This document shows positions 57,931 through 64,000 of a DNA stretch of 64,000 bases, one piece after another (position 1 is the stretch's first letter; every line of letters begins with the position of its first letter). The translations under genes and the position numbers were made by a program. Below the pieces are notes generated by a model. The model was given only the letters and a program-made list of their open reading frames with translations. It did no database searches and was not told where the DNA came from. This DNA is from Chloroflexota bacterium (GTDB taxonomy: Bacteria > Chloroflexota > Dormibacteria > CF-121), in NCBI GenBank assembly GCA_005880605.1, contig VBIS01000160.1:10180-74179 (forward strand), read 5' to 3'.

Positions 57931-58933
57931 GAAAGACCCGCGCCAGCATCGCGTCGCGCACCAGCAGGTCGAGCTCGTGGTTGCGCGTAAAGCCGGAGCG
58001 CGACCAGTTGCAGCTCCCAAACAGCACGATCTGGCGGTCGAAGATGCCCAGCTTGGCGTGCAGCAGCTCGTCGCCCGCCTGACGATAGACCCGTACCTGC
58101 GCACCTGCCGCCTCCAGCTCCGTCATTGAAGCGCCATTCTGTGGCTGGGTCGGGTCCAGAACCGCACGAACCTGGACACCGTGGCGGGCGGCGGCAATCA
58201 GCGCGTCGAGCACCAGGCGATCGCTGAGTACGAACATTTCAATCTCGATCGACCGCTGGGCGGCGCGGATCGTGGCCAGGGCCGCGACCCGGATCCCGTC
58301 TCCCGGATGGGTCACCAGCACCTGCACCTGCCGGTCCATCGACGGCGGCGGCAGCGGGGCCGCCTCGCCGGCCAGGGCGAGATCCTGGCGGAAGACACGC
58401 TCGAGGTTGCCGACGACGGGCCCCGTCGCCAGCACGTCGAAGTCGTGATTCAGGCGCGAGTGTGTGCCCCAGTTGATGCCGCCCACGATCGCCTCCGCCC
58501 CGTCGACGATCAAGAGCTTCACGTGGTCGATGGTCAGGCGCTCCACTGGAAACGCGACCACCCGGATCCCGCCTTGCTCGAGCTCCGCCCAGATGGGCCG
58601 GCTGCTTCGCTCCGACGGATCCTTGATGCCGGTGACCGTGACGCCGCGGTCGTGCGCGTCGAGCAGTAAGGCCGCCAGGTCGGGTCGCTGGAACTCATAG
58701 AGCTCGAGGTCGATCGATGTGCGGGCGTGACGCAGCGCGTCGACGATCACCGAAAACGCGCTCGGCCCATCCGGCAGCGGCAGCAGCTGGTCGGCGCCGG
58801 TGACGATCGGCACCACCGGGATGGGCGGGAGCGGCGCCATGTAGTCAGAGGAGGTACGGCCCGGGGCACAGGAGGCAGCCAGCAGCGCCAGGAGGAGGAG
58901 GGGCAACCGGAGGCGGTGGACCGGGCCGTACAC
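57890..58933 (-). CDS. Phospholipase D family lipoprotein (two HKD motifs).
   Basis: Lipobox LLALLAASC. HKD motifs at DHVKLLIVDG and LHAKLGIFD. It overlaps gpmI convergently by 41 nt. Confidence 0.7.
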   Translation of the reverse strand: MYGPVHRLRLPLLLLALLAASCAPGRTSSDYMAPLPPIPVVPIVTGADQLLPLPDGPSAFSVIVDALRHARTSIDLELYEFQRPDLAALLLDAHDRGVTVTGIKDPSERSSRPIWAELEQGGIRVVAFPVERLTIDHVKLLIVDGAEAIVGGINWGTHSRLNHDFDVLATGPVVGNLERVFRQDLALAGEAAPLPPPSMDRQVQVLVTHPGDGIRVAALATIRAAQRSIEIEMFVLSDRLVLDALIAAARHGVQVRAVLDPTQPQNGASMTELEAAGAQVRVYRQAGDELLHAKLGIFDRQIVLFGSCNWSRSGFTRNHELDLLVRDAMLARVFLSRLEQDWATSTP

Positions 58934-59039
58934 GCCGGCATACTAATACGGATTTGTATATATGTCAAGACTAGTCATGACAGGTCGTAGGACCGCCGGC
59001 ACGCCGAATTGGCGGTATAATTCAGCGGCCCTAAATCAG

Positions 59040-59267
59040 ATGAAAGCCTTTCTCGGTGTCGTGGAACTCACGCTCGCGCTGCTGGTCATGCTTGGCGTGC
59101 TGCTCCAGACGCCCAAGGCGAGCGGGCTCGGTGGCACCATCGGCGGCGGCGGCGATTCGGGCGGCGGCTACCGTACCAAGCGCGGGCTCGAGAAGAACCT
59201 CTTCTATGCCACGATCGGACTCGTCGTCCTTTTCGTGGTGGTATCCGTCGTCTACATCAGAGTTTGA
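59040..59267 (+). CDS. secG: Preprotein translocase subunit SecG.
   Basis: MKAFLGVVELTLALLVMLGVLLQTPKASGLGGTIGGGG matches SecG. Met27 of the longer ORF was chosen as the start. Confidence 0.65.
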   Translation: MKAFLGVVELTLALLVMLGVLLQTPKASGLGGTIGGGGDSGGGYRTKRGLEKNLFYATIGLVVLFVVVSVVYIRV

Positions 59268-60892
59268 TCCGGCGCGGGCTGCTCGCCACCGCGGTGGGCG
59301 TGCCGCTCCTCGCTCTGCTGACGGTTCTCGTGCTGGTGTTTCGGGGCGTCATCCTTGCCCCCGAGGCGCCGCGAAGCGGCGGCACCTTCGTCGAGGGCGT
59401 CGTCGGTCAGCTCGGCTCGCTCAACCCGCTGTTCGGCGCGGCGACGGCGGGGTCCAACGACCTCGACGCGCTGCTCTTCGAGCCGCTCGTGCGGGTGCTG
59501 CCGAGCGGTAGCATCGAGGGCCGGCTCGCGTCGCGCTGGGACGTCAGCCCTGACGGGCGCACCTATACCTTCACCATCCGGCCCAACGCGCACTGGTCGG
59601 ACGGAACGGGGGTCACCGCCGACGACGTCGTCTTCACCGTCCGGACGGTCCAGGACTCGCAGTTTCCCGGGGTCGTGCTCAACCAGAGCTGGAAGGACAT
59701 CATCGCGACCGCGGTCGACTCGAACCATGTCCGCTTCGCCCTGCCCGGCCACAATGCTGGGTTCCTGGCCAACCTGGAGCTCCTCGACATCCTGCCCGGG
59801 CACCTGCTCGCCGGCAAGGCCATGGGAGAGCTGGCGTCGGCTTCGCCCAACCTCAACCCGGTCGGCACCGGGCCCTTCCGGCTGGTCGCCAACCTCGGGG
59901 ATCGAATCCAGCTGGAACGCAATCCCTTCGCATGGCGCCGGCCGTGGCTCGACACCATGACGATCCGCAGCTTTGCATCGCAGTCGGCCGCGCTCGACGC
60001 CCTCGACCGCGGGCAGATCGACGGGCTCGGCAATCTCACGCCCGCCGGCGCCGCCCAGGAGCGGACCAATCGACAGGTCAGCGTGCTGACCGCCTCGACC
60101 TATCAATATGCGGAACTGCTCTTCAACCTCAAGACCGACGAACCCTATTTCCAGGACGTCAAGGTTCGGCAGGCGATCGCGAAAGCCATCGACCGGACCG
60201 CCATCATCCGCGACGTGCTGGGCAGCCAGGCGGTGCCCGATGATGGGCCGATCCCTCGCTCGATCAGCTGGGCCTACGACAGTGCCGCGCAGCAGCCGGC
60301 CTACGACCCGACGGCCGCCGGCAAGCTGCTCGACGACGCCGGCTGGCCCCTGGTCAACGGCATCAGGACCAAAGGCACGGTCAGCCTCAGCTTCGGGCTC
60401 ACGGTGTCGAGCGATGTGCCGCCGTACGAGCGCGTTGCCGCCGAGGTGGCGGACCAGCTGGCCCAGGTCGGCATCGTGGCCGAGGTGCGGCCGGTGACCA
60501 CCGCCTCGCTGATCCACGACTACCTCAACCCGCGCACCTTTGATATGACGCTCACCGCCTTCGACAACGGGCCGGACCCCGATGTCTACACCTTCTGGCA
60601 TTCGTCACAGTCGCACACCGGGGGCTTCAACTTCTCCGGCATGAAGAAGAATGTGTTCATCGACAGCGACCTCGAGGCTGGTCGCAACACGCTCGACCTG
60701 ACCGCACGGGCCAAGGCTTACATGACCTTCCAGGAGGACTTCGCCAAGGAAATCCCTGCGGTCTTTCTCTATAGCCCGCGCTACGTGATGGCGATCAGCC
60801 GCCGGTTTCACGGGGTCCGCATCGACTCTGCGATCGAACCCGAGGAGCGTTATGCCTACATCAGCGACTGGTACTACGAGGTAGGTCGTTGA
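59264..60892 (+). CDS. ABC transporter substrate-binding protein, family 5 (peptide/nickel type).
   Basis: Signal anchor and SBP_bac_5-like core (GGTFVEGVVGQLGSLNP...HWSDGTGVTADDVVFT). No cognate permease or ATPase lies adjacent. Confidence 0.7.
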   Translation: MIRRGLLATAVGVPLLALLTVLVLVFRGVILAPEAPRSGGTFVEGVVGQLGSLNPLFGAATAGSNDLDALLFEPLVRVLPSGSIEGRLASRWDVSPDGRTYTFTIRPNAHWSDGTGVTADDVVFTVRTVQDSQFPGVVLNQSWKDIIATAVDSNHVRFALPGHNAGFLANLELLDILPGHLLAGKAMGELASASPNLNPVGTGPFRLVANLGDRIQLERNPFAWRRPWLDTMTIRSFASQSAALDALDRGQIDGLGNLTPAGAAQERTNRQVSVLTASTYQYAELLFNLKTDEPYFQDVKVRQAIAKAIDRTAIIRDVLGSQAVPDDGPIPRSISWAYDSAAQQPAYDPTAAGKLLDDAGWPLVNGIRTKGTVSLSFGLTVSSDVPPYERVAAEVADQLAQVGIVAEVRPVTTASLIHDYLNPRTFDMTLTAFDNGPDPDVYTFWHSSQSHTGGFNFSGMKKNVFIDSDLEAGRNTLDLTARAKAYMTFQEDFAKEIPAVFLYSPRYVMAISRRFHGVRIDSAIEPEERYAYISDWYYEVGR

Positions 60893-60929
60893 TCAGCGCG
60901 CTCGTCGTCCGAAAAGACCAGCCTAATAA

Positions 60930-60992
60930 GCGGGCCCCAGCGTGGAAAGGCCCGCGTATCAGCGAGCCCCGGTGTGGGAAGGCGAGCGTATG
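60930..60992 (+). repeat. Tandem ~31-nt imperfect duplication (GCGGGCCCCAGCGTGGAAAGGCCCGCGTATC / AGCGAGCCCCGGTGTGGGAAGGCGAGCGTATG). The first unit forms a 7-bp hairpin.
   Basis: Direct inspection: about 75% identity between adjacent units, immediately 3' of tRNA-Leu(CAG). Confidence 0.5.
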
Positions 60993-61002
60993 AGAGATAG
61001 AG

Positions 61003-61086
61003 TGCGGCTGAAAGGACTTGAACCTTCAAGGGCTTGCGCCCACCAGGCCCTGAACCTGGCGTGTTTACCGATTTCACCACAGCCGC
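61003..61086 (-). tRNA. tRNA-Leu(CAG), class II.
   Basis: Reverse complement: GCGGCTGTGGTGAAATCGGTAAACACGCCAGGTTCAGGGCCTGGTGGGCGCAAGCCCTTGAAGGTTCAAGTCCTTTCAGCCGCA. It has a 7-bp acceptor stem, anticodon loop TTCAGGG and a long variable arm. Coordinates are +/-1. Confidence 0.85.
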
Positions 61087-61101
61087 GTCGAACTACAGAT
61101 T

Positions 61102-61758
61102 TTGCCACAGCCGCCTATGGCGCGCGCGCTCGCTGAGCTGACGGCGGCTGAGCTGGCGGTCTTTCGCCGCCGCCTGGACCAGCCGGCCAAGATCCAACGG
61201 TTCCTCGACGAGATCCCCTACAACATCGAGGCGGACGGGGAGACCTTCCGGTCGCCTCGGCGTGTGCTTGCGGATGGGACGGCGAATTGCATCGAAGGCG
61301 CGGTGCTGGCGGCCGCGGCGCTCCGGGTGCAGGGCGAACCGCCCCTGATCATGGATCTGACGGCGGTCCGAGACGAAGACCACGTAATCGCGGTGTTTCG
61401 GAGCCGTTCACTCTGGGGCGCGATCGCCACCAGCAAATTCACGGGGCTGCGCTATCGAGAGCCGGTCTACCGCACCCTGCGTGAGCTGGCGATGTCCTAC
61501 TTCGAGCAATACTTCAACTTGGCCGGGGAGCGCACGCTGCGCGGGTACGGGCGCCCGGTCAACCTGGCCCGCTTCGATCGGTTGCGGTGGATGACCAGTG
61601 CCGAGGCCCTGTGGCCGATCGCCGCGCACCTCGAGCGGATCCCGCACATCCCGCTGTTACCCGCGACCGCGGCCCGGCGGCTGACATCGCTCGGTCCCGA
61701 CCTTCGGGCGGCCGGTCTGCTAGCGCATCCCACGGCCGGTCCCACGCGGCGCGGTTGA
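61102..61758 (+). CDS. Hypothetical protein with a transglutaminase-like / papain-like Cys-His-Asp signature.
   Basis: GTANCIEGAVLAAAALRVQGEPP followed by DHVIAV is reminiscent of transglutaminase-like cysteine peptidase cores. This is a weak call. Confidence 0.35.
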   Translation: MPQPPMARALAELTAAELAVFRRRLDQPAKIQRFLDEIPYNIEADGETFRSPRRVLADGTANCIEGAVLAAAALRVQGEPPLIMDLTAVRDEDHVIAVFRSRSLWGAIATSKFTGLRYREPVYRTLRELAMSYFEQYFNLAGERTLRGYGRPVNLARFDRLRWMTSAEALWPIAAHLERIPHIPLLPATAARRLTSLGPDLRAAGLLAHPTAGPTRRG

Positions 61759-61848
61759 CATTATCGGTAACACTTGTTAAATTAGCGAAACTATCATTCA
61801 AATGGCACGGCAATCCGGCCGTGCGGGGCATTCGATGCGGAGGAAGGG

Positions 61849-62152
61849 AATGAGAAAAGGCGCTACGGAACCGGATATCCCCCTGGAAGCGGTGCAGTCG
61901 CTCTTGACCCGAGTCATCTGGCAGGCGGTCGCCGATCTCAGCGTCGAGGCCTACCAGCCGGAGGCCCAGCGGTTCTTTGCCGGCCAGACCTTCGTCGAGT
62001 ACTGTGACATCCTCGGCTGGAACGTGCGCCGCGCCCGCGCTAGCCTTGGGAAGTTCCTGGATAGCGGCTCGCGGATCTCAGGCAACCATCTTCTGACCGC
62101 GCCCGAGCTCGCCGCTCAGCACGGTTCGGCCCCTTCCGCCGTCGCGATCTAA
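61849..62152 (+). CDS. Small hypothetical protein upstream of the two-component system.
   Basis: ORF with a GGAGGA ribosome-binding site before the ATG at 61849. No recognisable domain. Confidence 0.3.
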
Positions 62153-62217
62153 GCCGACTTTTGGCCAGTACCAAAAGCTGGCCGGCTGAACCGCTAGACT
62201 TGGAGGCGGTAAAGTCC

Positions 62218-62889
62218 ATGAACCTCCTCCTCGTCGAGGACGAGCGAAAGCTCTCGACGCTGCTCAAGCAGCTCCTGGAGGATGAACGCTACGCCGTCGA
62301 CATCGCGTCGGACGGCGAGCGAGCCCAGGAGCTTGCTGAAACGGCGCGCTATGACGCCATCATCCTCGACCTCATGATCCCCAAGAAGGACGGGATGGAG
62401 GTCTGCCGCTGGCTCCGCCAGAATCGCATCCAGACACCGGTGATCATGCTGACCGCACGGAGTCAGATCCACGACCGGGTCGCGGGCCTGGACGCTGGCG
62501 CGGATGACTACTTGCCGAAGCCCTTCGCCTTCGAGGAGCTGCTGGCCCGACTGCGCGCCTTGATGCGACGCGAACAAAAGAATGGTCATGCCAACCGGTT
62601 GCAGGTGGCCGACCTTGTCCTCGACTTGAAGACGCACCAGGTTCGGCGTGGCGACACCCCGATCGAGCTGACCGCCCGAGAGTTCGCCTTGCTGGAATTT
62701 TTGATGCGGCACCCGAACCAGGTGTTGACGCAAGCGCAGATCGCGGAGCGCGTCTGGGACTACAACTTCGAAGGCACCACCAACCGCGTCGCCGTTTACA
62801 TCTCCTACCTGCGCGACAAGATCGACGAGGGCCGCTCCCCGAAGCTCATCCAAACGGTGTATGGGGTCGGGTACCGGCTGTCGGGATGA
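62218..62889 (+). CDS. OmpR-family response regulator.
   Basis: REC domain (LLLVEDE...IILDLMIPKKDG...K) and a winged-helix trans_reg_C domain (VYGVGYRL). Confidence 0.85.
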   Translation: MNLLLVEDERKLSTLLKQLLEDERYAVDIASDGERAQELAETARYDAIILDLMIPKKDGMEVCRWLRQNRIQTPVIMLTARSQIHDRVAGLDAGADDYLPKPFAFEELLARLRALMRREQKNGHANRLQVADLVLDLKTHQVRRGDTPIELTAREFALLEFLMRHPNQVLTQAQIAERVWDYNFEGTTNRVAVYISYLRDKIDEGRSPKLIQTVYGVGYRLSG

Positions 62890-64000
62890 TGTTCCGGGGC
62901 GCGCTGGTGCGCCTCGCCGCGCAATACTTCGTGCTGCTCGTCCTGATCTTGGGATTCTTCGATCTGATCGTCTACGTCACCGTGTCGCAGTCGCTGCAGG
63001 CGAAGGCCGATAACGATCTCAAGCACGCGGTCAGTCAGGCAGCCAAAGAGGTCGTCGCCACCGATACCGTCTCCGTTAATGCGCAGGGGCTGCTCGACCC
63101 AAGCGTCGCCGACACCTTCGTTCGCGTGCTCGACGTCAAAGGCCAGGAAGTCAGCCAGCCGCAGCCCGCGCTCAAGAAGCTCTTCAACAGCCCGAGCCTG
63201 AAGGACCCGATCGCCGCCGCGAAGGCGGGCCAATCGGGAGACACGCAGGTTTCGAGCGGCTCAGACCTCTATGTCGTCCACACCAGCGCCATCGTCAACC
63301 CGAAGTCGAAAAAGGTCGTAGGGGTGATGCAGGTGGCGCAGCCGATCTCCTGGGTCGGGGATGCGTTGTCGGGCCTGGTTCGCCAGCTGGTGCTCGCCTC
63401 GGTCATCGGGATCATCCTCGGCGCCCTGGCCTCGCTGCTGATGGCGACCCGCTCGCTGCGACCGATTAGCCGTGCCTTCCAGCGCCAACGTGAGTTCGTG
63501 GCCGACGCATCGCACGAGTTGCGCACGCCGCTGACCCTGATTCGAACCAACGTCGAGGCCTGGCTGCGGCGCTCGAATGGTCAGACGCGTACCTATGCCC
63601 AGAGCATCGTGGAGGAGGTTGAACAGCTGAATCGGATCGTGGGCGATTTGACCACCCTCGCCCTGGCCGACGCCAGGCAGCTGCGCCTCAATCCCAGGCC
63701 GATCGAGCTCAACGAAGTCGTCAAAGGGCTGATCGCGCAGGCCACGCCCTTGGCGGATGAGCGAGGGGTGCAGCTTCGCCCGGATCTGAACGGCGGCGTG
63801 CGTGTGGACGCCGATCTGGTCCGCGTCCGCCAGCTGTTGCTGATCCTGATCGACAACGCGCTGGCGCATACGCCGACAGGCGGGGAAGTCGCGGTGGGGG
63901 TTGTCCGACAAAACGGGCGCGCCCACGTCACGGTGACCGACACCGGGGAGGGGATTCCAACGAGCGACCTCCCCCATATTTTCGAGCGCTTCTACCGCGC
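62886..64000 (+). CDS. Sensor histidine kinase (TM, HAMP, HisKA, HATPase), 3' partial.
   Basis: The ORF continues to the window edge. It has a SHELRTPLT H-box and N/G-box motifs (LILIDNALAHTP, DTGEGIP). ATGA overlap with the regulator. Confidence 0.8.
   Translation, partial: MMFRGALVRLAAQYFVLLVLILGFFDLIVYVTVSQSLQAKADNDLKHAVSQAAKEVVATDTVSVNAQGLLDPSVADTFVRVLDVKGQEVSQPQPALKKLFNSPSLKDPIAAAKAGQSGDTQVSSGSDLYVVHTSAIVNPKSKKVVGVMQVAQPISWVGDALSGLVRQLVLASVIGIILGALASLLMATRSLRPISRAFQRQREFVADASHELRTPLTLIRTNVEAWLRRSNGQTRTYAQSIVEEVEQLNRIVGDLTTLALADARQLRLNPRPIELNEVVKGLIAQATPLADERGVQLRPDLNGGVRVDADLVRVRQLLLILIDNALAHTPTGGEVAVGVVRQNGRAHVTVTDTGEGIPTSDLPHIFERFYR

Noticed and set aside
61003-61117. ORF 61102-61758 starting at an ATG that nearly abuts the tRNA-Leu(CAG).
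   Set aside because: The start probably lies at the downstream Met (MARALAEL, ~61117). The 5' part of the ORF overlaps the tRNA flank. The gene is kept but the start is uncertain.

Overview
This is a high-GC (about 67%) bacterial chromosomal segment made mostly of housekeeping genes. The organism cannot be named from sequence alone. Gene order, the CIRCE/HrcA element, a whiA-gap operon, GatCAB and DUF4388 point to a Chloroflexota/Terrabacteria-like lineage.

Gene content, left to right:
- thiG (5' partial), thiL, then the t6A cluster tsaE-tsaB-rimI-tsaD.
- A CIRCE-controlled stand-alone groES.
- A divergent peroxiredoxin gene with an in-frame TGA at the peroxidatic Cys position, which is a candidate selenoprotein.
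- A phosphoribosyltransferase-family gene, then a DUF4388 protein with a long Pro/Gln-rich repeat region.
- pcrA-ligA, then a membrane PAS-GAF-PAS-GGDEF-EAL sensor.
- gatC, gatA (internally disrupted) and gatB, then an RlmD-like methyltransferase and dnaE.
- A 12.8-kb minus-strand cluster downstream of tRNA-Leu(CAA): signal-peptide protein, ABC-2 exporter, Gly/Ser/Thr-rich membrane protein, MoxR, DUF58, and two VWA proteins (the second with a GATase-like region).
- An ECF sigma / anti-sigma pair, a DUF151 nuclease, polA-fpg, a PAP2 phosphatase, and contiguous uvrB-uvrA-uvrC.
- A ClpX-type zinc-finger mini-ORF coupled to uvrC, and a coiled-coil/DHp/REC-REC protein.
- lgt, whiA-gap-pgk-tpiA-gpmI, a PLD-family lipoprotein, secG, a family-5 substrate-binding protein, tRNA-Leu(CAG), a transglutaminase-like hypothetical, and an OmpR/histidine-kinase pair (kinase 3' partial).

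Main unusual observations:
1. The candidate selenocysteine peroxiredoxin.
2. A G-quadruplex/hairpin-forming repeat present three times: in-frame inside tsaD, forming the C-terminal tail of the peroxiredoxin, and intergenic after ligA.
3. Internal out-of-frame deletions in gatA and in a VWA gene.
4. Composition-biased coding repeats, unusual gene overlaps, and homology-predicted N-termini that lack canonical start codons.

No CRISPR array, integrase, transposase or recognisable toxin-antitoxin pair was seen.
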